Shown: in pieces, positions 7,973 through 16,264 of the stretch
How positions within the stretch are numbered: position 1 is the first letter of the stretch
How the letters are laid out: every line of letters starts with the position of its first letter
From: a virus
Virus record (IMG/VR): IMGVR_UViG_3300029492_000005
Span: 1 to 59,393 of that record
DNA: 59,393 bases
Strand: one strand, 5' to 3'
Made by a program: the position numbers and the translations under genes
Notes under the pieces: generated by a model
The model's database searches: none
What the model was told of the DNA's origin: nothing
The model's input: only the letters and a program-made list of their open reading frames with translations

Positions 7973-8836
7973 ATGAAAAAAGTAGCAACTATTATTTCTT
8001 CTGTGGCAGCAGCATTTTTTGTTGCAGTGGTTCTTTTGCTGTGTTTGGAGAGAGTGCCTGTTGGTTATGTTGGAGTTGTTTATTCGGCACGGGGCGTTGA
8101 GCAGAACACCTTGTCACAGGGTTGGCATTTCCTTTCACCGATGAAACACGTTAGCAAGTTTCCTATCAGCCAGCAGCAACTTATTTTTTCGGACGACCCA
8201 GCAGATTATAACGCAAAAGAACACGCGGACTGGCACATTGATGCCCCCGCAAGCGGTGGAATGGTTGGAGTAAACCTTACCGTAAATTATAACTTCATTC
8301 CAGACCGTGTTGTTGAACTTTACAGCCGTTTTAATGGGATGGATGGCGAAACGCTTGTGGAAAGCCGTATTCAGAACAGCATTATCGCCTACGTCAAGGA
8401 AGTTACGCCGCAGTTTTCTGTAATGGACATTTACTCCGAAAAGAAAACGGAAGTAAACAATGCAATCACAAACTATTTGAATGAAAAACTTACCAATGAA
8501 TACGGAATCAACGTTTCAAGCGCCCTCGTGATTGACGTAGAGTTGGATGACACCCTCACCGAAAAGATTAGAGCAAAAGAACAAGCAAAACAGGACGCTG
8601 AGATTGCTGAACTAAACAAGCAGACCGCTCTTGCACAGGCTGAGACGGACAAGGTGAAAGCTCAGACGGAAGCCGATGTGAAAGTGATCGAAGCTCAAGC
8701 AGAAGCTGAATCAAACCGTATTGTGTCCGAATCTATCACACCGGAACTGATTCAGATGAAAGAAGCTGAAGCCAGACTGAAGCACGGATGGGTCACTGTC
8801 AATGGAGCAGATACCGTTGTAACGAAAGTCGATTAA
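7973..8836 (+). CDS. SPFH/Band-7 (prohibitin/HflC-like) membrane protein
   Basis: N-terminal TM followed by VPVGYVGVVYSARGVEQNTLSQGWHFLSPM and a C-terminal A/E/K/Q coiled coil, typical of SPFH proteins. Confidence 0.75.
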   Translation: MKKVATIISSVAAAFFVAVVLLLCLERVPVGYVGVVYSARGVEQNTLSQGWHFLSPMKHVSKFPISQQQLIFSDDPADYNAKEHADWHIDAPASGGMVGVNLTVNYNFIPDRVVELYSRFNGMDGETLVESRIQNSIIAYVKEVTPQFSVMDIYSEKKTEVNNAITNYLNEKLTNEYGINVSSALVIDVELDDTLTEKIRAKEQAKQDAEIAELNKQTALAQAETDKVKAQTEADVKVIEAQAEAESNRIVSESITPELIQMKEAEARLKHGWVTVNGADTVVTKVD

Positions 8837-8852
8837 CACCAAGGAGAGACTA

Positions 8853-9062
8853 ATGCAGACTGACAGAGGAATTTACCACAAGCGAGTATGCGACCGCTGC
8901 GGAGCAGTTCTGGGCTGCAGGATGATGAACCCTGACGAATACTTCAAAGACTGGGGATGGCGCAGGGACACAGGCGACCTATGCCCGGAGTGCTATGCAG
9001 AGTATAAGCGAGTGATCGGACGGTTCAATGCCAACAGAAGGAGAAATAGAGGGGAGAGATAA
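8853..9062 (+). CDS. Zinc-ribbon hypothetical protein
   Basis: CDRCG...CPEC; 69-aa ORF with SD (aaggagagactaATG). Confidence 0.5.
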   Translation: MQTDRGIYHKRVCDRCGAVLGCRMMNPDEYFKDWGWRRDTGDLCPECYAEYKRVIGRFNANRRRNRGER

Positions 9063-9301
9063 TGGACGTTTACTGCACCACCGAACATTGCTCTTGCATG
9101 GGCATCAAGCAGTTTTCTGCTGGCAAGGCTATCCGATGCACAGCAGAATCCTGCGAGAACAAATCTGAGCCGTCCTGTGGTTCTTGCAAATGGTACGCAG
9201 AGCCGGAGGGCGTGTGCGTGAACGACCAGTCAGAACACGTTGCAGACTTCATGTGGGATGAACGTGGCTGCAAAGAATGGGAGAAGAAAAATGAGTTATG
9301 A
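9062..9301 (+). CDS. Cys-rich hypothetical protein
   Basis: 79-aa ORF with 9 Cys; ATG overlaps the upstream stop. Confidence 0.5.
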   Translation: MDVYCTTEHCSCMGIKQFSAGKAIRCTAESCENKSEPSCGSCKWYAEPEGVCVNDQSEHVADFMWDERGCKEWEKKNEL

Positions 9302-9656
9302 TATTTCGCTGTGCGACCCTGTAACGCACGAACCGCTCAAAGCGGATAGCACGCATTTTATCGCTGGTGGTATGCGCGCTATGGGCGGCACAAAAGAACT
9401 GTGGCTCAACGTCACCTATAATTACGGTCACTTCTACTATCGACCAGAAGTATTTGGTGAGGGCGGCATCCGCTCCATCTATGGCAAAACAGGCGCAGAG
9501 AGCATCCCGATGCTTGAAAAGGCCATCTCCGCACTAGGTGACGATGTGGACGATGACGACTACTGGCACGCCACAGAGGGAAATGCCAAGCGTGCGCTGT
9601 ACGGACTGCTTGCATTTGCAAAAATGCGCCCGGATGGTGTATGGGAAGGTGATTGA
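9291..9656 (+). CDS. Hypothetical protein
   Basis: ATG at 9291 (MSYDISLCDPVTHEPL...) preceded by gagaagaaaa. The track ORF starts at 9240. Confidence 0.5.
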   Translation: MSYDISLCDPVTHEPLKADSTHFIAGGMRAMGGTKELWLNVTYNYGHFYYRPEVFGEGGIRSIYGKTGAESIPMLEKAISALGDDVDDDDYWHATEGNAKRALYGLLAFAKMRPDGVWEGD

Positions 9657-9890
9657 GTGAATAGCACGATATGGCATCCGGCAAGCGAACAGCCACGAGA
9701 ACGGACGCAGCCTTTGTTGCTTGCAACTAAGAAAACGTGGCGTGATAAAGATGGAAAAATGTTGCAAGGCTTCTCGCCAACAGCGTACTTTCTTGGCTGT
9801 TACGCAGATGGTCAGTTTTGGGACGAGATAGGCGAGAGACTGCCGAAAGATGTGACGGTGACGCATTGGATGGCGTTTCCGATGGTATAG
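9657..9890 (+). CDS. DUF551-like protein (paralogue 2), GTG start
   Basis: IWHPASEQP... and C-terminal VTHWMAFP. Confidence 0.5.
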   Translation: MNSTIWHPASEQPRERTQPLLLATKKTWRDKDGKMLQGFSPTAYFLGCYADGQFWDEIGERLPKDVTVTHWMAFPMV

Positions 9891-9899
9891 GAGAACACT

Positions 9900-10102
9900 A
9901 TGAGCGAAAGCAAAGTTGTTTGGCACTCCATTAAAAAAGAAGGGCTTTCACCTAACGATTGCGATGCGGTGCGGTGCTTGTTTCTATGCAAGCCCTTATT
10001 GGAGTATTTGAGGAAGGCGATTTCGAGAAAAGCGAGTTTGGCGAAAAGTACGCACAAGTGACGCACTGGGCGTATCTTCTAGAACCACCAAAGGAGGACT
10101 GA
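9900..10102 (+). pseudogene. DUF551-like paralogue 3 disrupted by a 5-bp tandem duplication (gcggt gcggt, 9966-9975)
   Basis: The ATG-9900 frame stops at 10059-10061. The DUF551 C-terminus (...KYAQVTHWAYLLEPPKED*) continues in another frame. Deleting one gcggt gives a single 65-aa ORF. Confidence 0.6.
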
Positions 10103-10104
10103 GT

Positions 10105-10281
10105 ATGACGAACAAGAAGTTTGGCATCATCGTTATGGACTTGAGTCTTTTCGACTTTGGGCCGAAGCCGCCTTGTGGATACATTAAGGCGAAGCATATC
10201 CGCCCAGCGTACGGCAAAGGCGCAAGGCCTGTCAAGGCGCATAAGCGGATCACAAGAACAAGAGAGGGATTTAGAAAATGA
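10105..10281 (+). CDS. Small basic hypothetical protein (58 aa)
   Basis: Not in the track. SD aaaggaggactgagtATG; ATGA overlap with the next gene. Confidence 0.35.
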   Translation: MTNKKFGIIVMDLSLFDFGPKPPCGYIKAKHIRPAYGKGARPVKAHKRITRTREGFRK

Positions 10282-10508
10282 CAGAACTCAAAAGATGCCC
10301 GTTCTGCGGTGGGAAAGTGGCTATTGCAGAAACAAGCGACTATTTTACAAGTCGGATGTTTATAACAAGAAGAAACGGCAAGAATTGGTGCAAGTGTCGG
10401 GTATTCATGGAGAGCAAGCCATACAGCTTTAATTGTTCCGCAGCCGATAAAGAAAAGATTAAAAAAGACCTTATCGAAGCATGGAACAAACGCTACAAAG
10501 AGGATTGA
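10278..10508 (+). CDS. lar: Lar-family restriction-alleviation-like zinc-finger protein
   Basis: ELKRCPFCGGKVAI... N-terminus and C-terminal EAWNKR, as in Lar-family proteins. Confidence 0.5.
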   Translation: MTELKRCPFCGGKVAIAETSDYFTSRMFITRRNGKNWCKCRVFMESKPYSFNCSAADKEKIKKDLIEAWNKRYKED

Positions 10509-10510
10509 GC

Positions 10511-11149
10511 ATGGACAAAAAACGAGACAGCTTTACATTCCAACAATACTACTTTGAAGCCATCTCCACACTGAAAAGCAAAGAGAAGTTGGAGCTCTAC
10601 GATGCAATCTGTGCATACGTTTTTGAAGAAAAAGACGCAACTTTGAACTCAAAAAAAGCAGAATCTTGTTTCATTTTGATTAAGCATCTGCTCGATGAAG
10701 AGTGGAAAAGAAGCGATATTGCGTCAAAAGGATGGTCTACACGAAAGTCGGTTCATCCTCATGTCATAAATGAGATGAAGGTCAGCTCATCTATGAGTTC
10801 AAAGTCAGATGACGATGAACTCATTATATCAACTGACAGTCAGATGAACGTAAAGACCTTGCCGGAAAGTGCAGTCAAGAAGAAACCTGACATCTTCTCC
10901 GACTTTGCTCATGGCGATAAAGCCCTGTTGGAATCCCTGCGAGAGTTCGCACAGATGCGTACAAGAATCAAAAAGCCTATGACAGACCGGGCGAAACAGA
11001 TGCTCTGCAACAAGCTGGAAAAGTTTGATCGGCACGACTGGAAAGCCATTCTTGACCAGAGCATCTATGCAGGATGGCAGGACATTTACGCATTGAAACA
11101 GGATGACCAGAACGAGCAAAGTACGGAGATGGAGTTTCCTAGACTATGA
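10511..11149 (+). CDS. Replisome organiser / DnaD-like replication protein
   Basis: FTFQQYYFEAISTLKSKEKLELYDAICAYVF N-terminus; C-terminal LREFAQMRTRIKKPMTDRAKQML...ILDQSIYAGWQDIY. Immediately upstream of dnaB, with overlapping stop and start. Confidence 0.6.
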   Translation: MDKKRDSFTFQQYYFEAISTLKSKEKLELYDAICAYVFEEKDATLNSKKAESCFILIKHLLDEEWKRSDIASKGWSTRKSVHPHVINEMKVSSSMSSKSDDDELIISTDSQMNVKTLPESAVKKKPDIFSDFAHGDKALLESLREFAQMRTRIKKPMTDRAKQMLCNKLEKFDRHDWKAILDQSIYAGWQDIYALKQDDQNEQSTEMEFPRL

Positions 11150-12351
11150 CAATGGACGTTCAAACGGTATTTATCGGTGCGCTGATGCTCTGCAAGCCGG
11201 GCGTTGTGGATGAAATCATACCAGACCTTGAACTTGACTTGTTCAGACCTGAGCTGAGAGACGCTTTTGCGGCTGTTCAGGGCTATTGGACGGCTAGGGG
11301 TAAGATAGATATAGTCGAGATAAACACGCAGCATCCAGACGTAGCGCAGACGCTCTTGGCGTGTGTACAAACCTGTGAATCAGAGTGTGTACGAATTGAC
11401 AGGGAACAGATGCAGCGTTGGGCACAGCTTATCAGAGAACAAGCTGCACTCACTCGTGTGCAAGGTCTGGCATTTCAGATGACCAGCGAGCTTACCGACT
11501 ATTCTGATCTATCAGACATTTACCAGCAGATGGGCGAAGCAATGAGCCTGAAAGCTGAGAAAGAAGATGCGTGGACATACGAGGATGTGCTGAACGACTA
11601 TGTGCTTCACATGGACGAGAAGCCTGTGTATATCAAGACAGGCCTAGAGCGTCTGGATGAAGCGTTGCACATCTCACCGGGCGATTTCATCATAATCGGC
11701 GGCAGACCGTCTGCTGGCAAGACAGCCCTGTCTCTGCAAATAGCAGCAAGCATGGCAAAGCAGGACTATACCGTGTACTATTTCAGCTTAGAAACCAGCA
11801 AACGCAAGCTGGGCGCACGTCTGATGGCTAATCAAATATACTGCCCTCTGGACACTGTGAAAAATAAGGCTGTCAGCTTGGATGAGATTGACGGACAGGC
11901 AAAGAACATGAAGATGCCCTTATATATCCGCTCCGCTGCCGGGAAGAACGTGGCGTGGATGAAGGCTCAGGCTCTGCGTAAAAAGGCTCAGGTCATTTTC
12001 GTAGACTATCTTCAACTCATCCACGAAACAGGCGCAAAGGACAGATATGCCGCCATTACAGCCATATCCATTGCCCTGCACGAACTGGCACAAACCACAG
12101 GCATTGTCGTGGTAGCGCTGGCACAGCTTAATCGAAACCCATCCAAGCCCGGAGCAACGCCTACCAACTCCGACTTGCGAGAGAGCGGACAGATTGAACA
12201 GGACGCAGATGCAATCATCCTTCTGTCCGGCGATAACCCCGACAAGTATTTGTTCCGACTAAGCAAGAACAAGGAAGGTGAGATAGGCGACCTTCCCATC
12301 ACGTTTAACAAGCAGATTCAACGGTTCCAAGAGTACACTTGGATGGACTGA
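11146..12351 (+). CDS. dnaB: Replicative DNA helicase (DnaB family)
   Basis: Walker A GGRPSAGKTALSL, FSLETS, Walker B VIFVDYLQLI, LAQLNR, SDLRESGQIEQDAD. Confidence 0.9.
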   Translation: MTMDVQTVFIGALMLCKPGVVDEIIPDLELDLFRPELRDAFAAVQGYWTARGKIDIVEINTQHPDVAQTLLACVQTCESECVRIDREQMQRWAQLIREQAALTRVQGLAFQMTSELTDYSDLSDIYQQMGEAMSLKAEKEDAWTYEDVLNDYVLHMDEKPVYIKTGLERLDEALHISPGDFIIIGGRPSAGKTALSLQIAASMAKQDYTVYYFSLETSKRKLGARLMANQIYCPLDTVKNKAVSLDEIDGQAKNMKMPLYIRSAAGKNVAWMKAQALRKKAQVIFVDYLQLIHETGAKDRYAAITAISIALHELAQTTGIVVVALAQLNRNPSKPGATPTNSDLRESGQIEQDADAIILLSGDNPDKYLFRLSKNKEGEIGDLPITFNKQIQRFQEYTWMD

Positions 12352-12363
12352 AAGGAGAAACAC

Positions 12364-12573
12364 ATGGATACATTGGAGAAGTTCATAGACAACGTACAAG
12401 CAGGAAATGGAAGATACGGTCTGTGTGATGCTTGCCTGAACCGTAAAGGAGACTACTGCTTGTTTTACAATTTGTATCGGCGAGACGAGAACGGAAAGCA
12501 TACTGTAACGGCTCAAAAACTCGAAAGGGTAGAACGATGCAACTCTTTTAACTATGCTGGATGGCTGATATAA
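12364..12573 (+). CDS. Hypothetical protein
   Basis: 69-aa ORF with SD (aaaggagaaacacATG). Confidence 0.5.
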   Translation: MDTLEKFIDNVQAGNGRYGLCDACLNRKGDYCLFYNLYRRDENGKHTVTAQKLERVERCNSFNYAGWLI

Positions 12574-12707
12574 GCCTATAATCGCTTCTGCGCTCCAATC
12601 GTCACAGTAGAATAGGCAAGAAAAAAAGATAACAGGGCAGGGCGATAAAGTTACCGTCTGAACCCCATAAATATTTTTCACTACACAAAATGCAGGAGGA
12701 AAAGACT

Positions 12708-12896
12708 ATGTTTGTAAACACTGGTGGAGTTATTGCCGCAATCATCGCAAATCAGAACGCTCAACGAATGCGGAGAGAAAGAGAACAGCATGAACGTGCA
12801 GAACGGGAACGCAGAGAAAAGCGTTTAGCGGAAGAACGAAACAAAACGGAAAAAGAGCGGAAGCCTCTTGACGAATTGAACATTATCCAGAAATAA
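12708..12896 (+). CDS. Hypothetical TM + R/E-rich protein
   Basis: ATG at 12708 lies 8 nt after GGAGG (MFVNTGGVIAAIIANQ...). The track ORF starts at 12690. Confidence 0.45.
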   Translation: MFVNTGGVIAAIIANQNAQRMRREREQHERAERERREKRLAEERNKTEKERKPLDELNIIQK

Positions 12897-12915
12897 CGCA
12901 AAGGAGAAAACAACT

Positions 12916-13218
12916 ATGGCACTTACCAACATCGAACGTGAAACTATCATCAACTTCAACGCAGCGGAAGATACCGCAGAAGTCTACACAGCAGACCCAG
13001 TTTACATTCGCAAGCTGGACAAGCTCTGTGAGCAGTTCCCCGACACATACAAGTTTATGGCGGAGCTGTCTGCCAAGCGGTGCAAGGAATCTAAGACCTA
13101 TTCGATGCCGAAACGTCTTGTGAAGTTTCGATCGCCTATCACTCGTGAGATCAGCGAAGAGCAGCGTGAAGCACTGGCAGAGCGTCTGCGTAAGGCAAGA
13201 GAAGCCAAGAATATCTAA
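12916..13218 (+). CDS. Hypothetical protein (last gene of the early operon)
   Basis: 100-aa ORF with SD (aaaggagaaaacaactATG). Confidence 0.55.
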   Translation: MALTNIERETIINFNAAEDTAEVYTADPVYIRKLDKLCEQFPDTYKFMAELSAKRCKESKTYSMPKRLVKFRSPITREISEEQREALAERLRKAREAKNI

Positions 13219-13292
13219 TCTTAGCTCGTACGACTACAAAACTACTGTATCAGAAAGCATGGAATGGTGTCAGGTGGTAAAACTACCCTCTG

Positions 13293-14346
13293 CGACTATT
13301 CCGTGCTTTTTTTCTCTTGTTATTTATCAGGGTGAAACGGCAAGGTCTGAATTTGAGAAAGAATCGTCTAATCGCAAAGCTGATTGAGACAAAAGCAAAA
13401 TGTGTGAGACGAAAAAACGCTTTGACAATCACTTTCGGAAATGGCTTTCAAATTTTTGTCCCCTTTCCCCCTTGTTTCCTCTTCCCCCCTTTTGTCCCCC
13501 TCTTTCCCCTACAACCCCTATTACCCCCTATAATCCCCCTAACATCTTCCGTGCTCCCCCTTTCCCTCCCCGTGTGTTTAGCGCGTCTGCGGGCGTTATA
13601 CGCGCCAGCGCGCGCGTTGACGGAGCCGGGTGTGCCACGATAGTTCAAAAGTGAATAAATAACAGTTATGCGAAATTGTAAACTGGTTCTTTCCCACTAC
13701 AACCCTCTATTTCCAAAAGTTATACCGTTAGCCAGCAGAGCAGACCGTAGGCGAGAGCTGGCGTGAGGTTCGGGCTGGTGGATAGTCTACGACTATTTCA
13801 CATGGAGAATTGACTTCATTTTGTAGCAGGTAAAATATGTAGAAATGTTGCAAAAACTATTCCTAGTAGAATGCTATGGATTGGACGTAATACCATAGTG
13901 CATTGCTGGGAATTAAATCGAGTACGAACAGACCGAATTAGATGATACGACTATTCCAGTAGAATAATCCCTAGATAGTTACTAGGATATATAAGCGTAT
14001 ATTATAATAAGTACTGTTGGCATATGAATTTGGTATGGCTAGCGAGTGAATAAATGAGTGAATATATGTAATAGATTATGAATTTTATGCGGTCTGATGA
14101 CTTAGCGACTATCGCACCTCTCTTTTCCTAAAAGGCAAACAACTATTTCACACAAAAAATACACGATTATTTGACGACAATTCGCAAGAAAACGCTACAA
14201 CTATTACTCTGCGACTATCAGCGGACAGCTCGTTACTATACTATATATAGGACTTTTAAACGCTGGTCGTCTGACGACTTTACGACTATTCCACGACTAT
14301 CCGCCGGGAGAAACTACGACTATTCCAGCCGGAACGCTGCGACTAT
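13293..14346 (+). repeat. Dispersed same-orientation array of 9 exact CGACTAT sites (consensus T[A/G]CGACTATTCCA)
   Basis: CGACTAT at 13293, 13790, 13948, 14106, 14212, 14283, 14294, 14317 and 14340. Variants at 13231 and 14275. No credible ORF in the region. Confidence 0.85.
13446..13572 (+). repeat. Homopyrimidine block with 11 C-tracts (G-tracts on the minus strand)
   Basis: ctttcaaatttttgtcccctttcccccttgtttcctcttcccccctttt...ctccccctttccctcccc: almost only C/T for ~127 nt, with C3-C6 runs. Confidence 0.9.
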
Positions 14347-14904
14347 TGCTGACCTCTATTAGCTATCGGGCGAAAGCCCGAAAAGAGACGAGGCGGCAAG
14401 CCGTCAATGGTTCCGCGCCGCCGTGCCAGGAAAAAACATAATGCCAAGCTAACCCACACCAGGACTCCAGCCGCCAGGCGTGGGAAGTATCGACACATCG
14501 CCGGGTTGGCATGGTTTGCGGTCTGCTGCACCGCCTGGTATGGATCTATAACAAGGGCGCACCGCTGCACCGGCGCACCCTTGTTATACATTATTATAAT
14601 AGGCGGCTGCCCTGCCCTGTACAGCGTCCGGTGTGGCGGCGGTATCTGGTATCGGTGGAGGTGCTACGCTTGATGGTATGCCCTCTAGTGCGGTGCAGGC
14701 GGTGCATAGGCGGTTTGTGTGGCTGTTATATTGTGTGCGCTGGAATGGAGCAAATCAACGGAAACGCCCCTGTAAAGCCCTGTAAACGGTTTTGACGTTG
14801 TGGTGGTATAATTGCATGGACGGCAGAAAAGCCACTGCAAACGCTTGCGCGTGGCTGATACGCCGCCGGGCAAAAAGAAAAGCCCTGCATCAGTCGATGC
14901 AAGG

Positions 14905-14931
14905 CAAAAGAAAAGCCCCGCCGAAGCGGGG
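14905..14931 (-). terminator. Rho-independent terminator of the minus-strand cassette
   Basis: The minus strand reads ccccgc-UUCG-gcgggg followed by cttttcttttg, 18 nt after the stop of the 14949-15107 gene. Confidence 0.7.
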
Positions 14932-14948
14932 TTGAATCTTAAATTGTG

Positions 14949-15107
14949 TCAACGCTGATTGCGCCAAATGTTATAATCTGTTGCCGTCATGATGGTATAA
15001 CCGCCGCAGACCTTAACGACAACCTCCGCGCCGGTTGCGGCCTTGCGTGCATAGTAACGGGACGTATACAGCCCGGTATTGATGTCGTATCCCTTGTTAG
15101 TAGTCAT
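14949..15107 (-). CDS. Small hypothetical protein (52 aa)
   Basis: Not in the track. SD GGAGGG 9 nt upstream. MTTNKGYDINTGLYTSRYYARKAATGAEVVVKVCGGYTIMTATDYNIWRNQR. Confidence 0.5.
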   Translation of the reverse strand: MTTNKGYDINTGLYTSRYYARKAATGAEVVVKVCGGYTIMTATDYNIWRNQR

Positions 15108-15201
15108 AATATATAGCCCTCCTTATTTACTTGCCTTAAACAGCGCCGAAAAAAACCAAAAACAAAACAAGATTGCGGATAAAATCACCGTTTGCACCCC
15201 C

Positions 15202-15465
15202 TTATACCACGCTAAACCGCTTGTATGTGGTTTTGCTGCTGCACTCGGCATACACATCAGGGTGCAGCGTCTTGAGTAGCTTGCTGTCAAGACGGACGCT
15301 TTGCACGTCCTTGTAAATAGCTTTTGCTGTGCCTTGCGCCATTTCCGGCGCACCTTGCATCATGGCGATAATGTCCGCTTTAATGCTCTCGTTCATCGCT
15401 TCCAGCTCTTCCAAAAGCCGCTTGTTTTCGCGGTACTCGTTCACTTTTTCCTCGAACAACGTCAT
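15202..15465 (-). CDS. Hypothetical protein
   Basis: 87-aa ORF with SD (aaggagggctaaaaaATG). Confidence 0.55.
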   Translation of the reverse strand: MTLFEEKVNEYRENKRLLEELEAMNESIKADIIAMMQGAPEMAQGTAKAIYKDVQSVRLDSKLLKTLHPDVYAECSSKTTYKRFSVV

Positions 15466-15481
15466 TTTTTAGCCCTCCTTG

Positions 15482-15577
15482 TTAGCTATTAAGAAATGCG
15501 ATCATAACCAGCGCCCCGGAGATCATGCCGCCAACGTACCAGATTGCAGCCCACTGGGAAAAGTCAAGAGTAATCAT
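15482..15577 (-). CDS. Possible 31-aa single-TM micro-protein
   Basis: SD ggaggtataaaaaATG. MITLDFSQWAAIWYVGGMISGALVMIAFLNS. Confidence 0.35.
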   Translation of the reverse strand: MITLDFSQWAAIWYVGGMISGALVMIAFLNS

Positions 15578-15580
15578 TTT

Positions 15581-15811
15581 TTATACCTCCGCATTTTTGC
15601 CGTTGGGGTTAATCCAATCGTTCTTGATGTCGTACCGCTTGCAATAGCGATAAAGGTTAATCAGTTGCACAAAGTCACCAGCGCTTATATATGCTTCGTT
15701 GTCCGGTGCATCAAGGGAGCAAATAAGGGTCGTTCCGTTATCCTCCCGCTGCACAAGTTCCAATTTTCTGCCGTTGTTCACCTCAAAAACAAGCTTGTTC
15801 ATACGTTGCAT
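15581..15811 (-). CDS. Hypothetical protein
   Basis: 76-aa ORF overlapping the upstream gene by 13 nt. Confidence 0.5.
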   Translation of the reverse strand: MQRMNKLVFEVNNGRKLELVQREDNGTTLICSLDAPDNEAYISAGDFVQLINLYRYCKRYDIKNDWINPNGKNAEV

Positions 15812-16137
15812 ACCTCCCGAACAAATTCCATCTGCAAGTTGTGCAAGCGCTCTGCCAGCTCCTCAGCGTTCCACAAATCCCGGCGCATTTCCCGCGCCCG
15901 CTTTTCGTAGCGGCTGACAGTTTCCCGATCGGGCTTGATGTTGCCAAAAGGCCGGTACCCGGTGCAGATTGCAACGCCTGAGGTGATCGGGTAAATATCA
16001 GCGTTCCAGCCGTACACACCAGCGGTATATGCTGCGGGGTCGTCCATGCACAGCATATTTTGTGCATCGCAATAACTTACTTGAATAATGGTCGGATACT
16101 GGGATTTTATATCCCGCATGGTTCTTTTTGCTTTCAT
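15799..16137 (-). CDS. Hypothetical protein (first gene of the minus-strand cassette)
   Basis: 112-aa ORF with SD (caggaggacaaaaaccATG). Conserved-looking YGWNADIYPI...CTGYRPFG. Confidence 0.55.
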   Translation of the reverse strand: MKAKRTMRDIKSQYPTIIQVSYCDAQNMLCMDDPAAYTAGVYGWNADIYPITSGVAICTGYRPFGNIKPDRETVSRYEKRAREMRRDLWNAEELAERLHNLQMEFVREVCNV

Positions 16138-16173
16138 GGTTTTTGTCCTCCTGTTTTGGTGTATTGTGGTTGT

Positions 16174-16264
16174 AGTCCATATTTATCTGGACTGATTATA
16201 TTATATCCATATATATATGGATTGTCAATACTTTTAGCAAAATATATCCATATAAATATGGATA
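16174..16264. promoter_or_regulatory. Three palindromic operator-like sites, consensus TCCATAT-N2-ATATGGA
   Basis: agtccatatttatctggact (16174-16193), atccatatatatatggat (16205-16222), tatccatataaatatggata (16245-16264). They lie just upstream of the minus-strand cassette. Confidence 0.6.

Noticed and set aside
13317-13654. Track ORFs of 108 and 84 aa across the C-tract block
   Set aside because: They translate to P/L/F/S strings dictated by the homopyrimidine tract and have no SD. The region is better explained as a non-coding repeat.
14792-14812. TTGACG ... TATAAT as a full sigma-70 promoter
   Set aside because: The spacer is only 9 nt. Only the extended -10 (TGgTATAAT) is credible, and the downstream transcript would be about 100 nt ending at a hairpin with a poor U-tail on this strand. 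It is kept as part of the structured-region finding rather than listed as a feature.
14343-14873. Several 62-94 aa ORFs on both strands in the GC-rich block
   Set aside because: They overlap one another, lack SD sequences, and have an R/C/W/G-rich composition. The sequence is dominated by hairpins.
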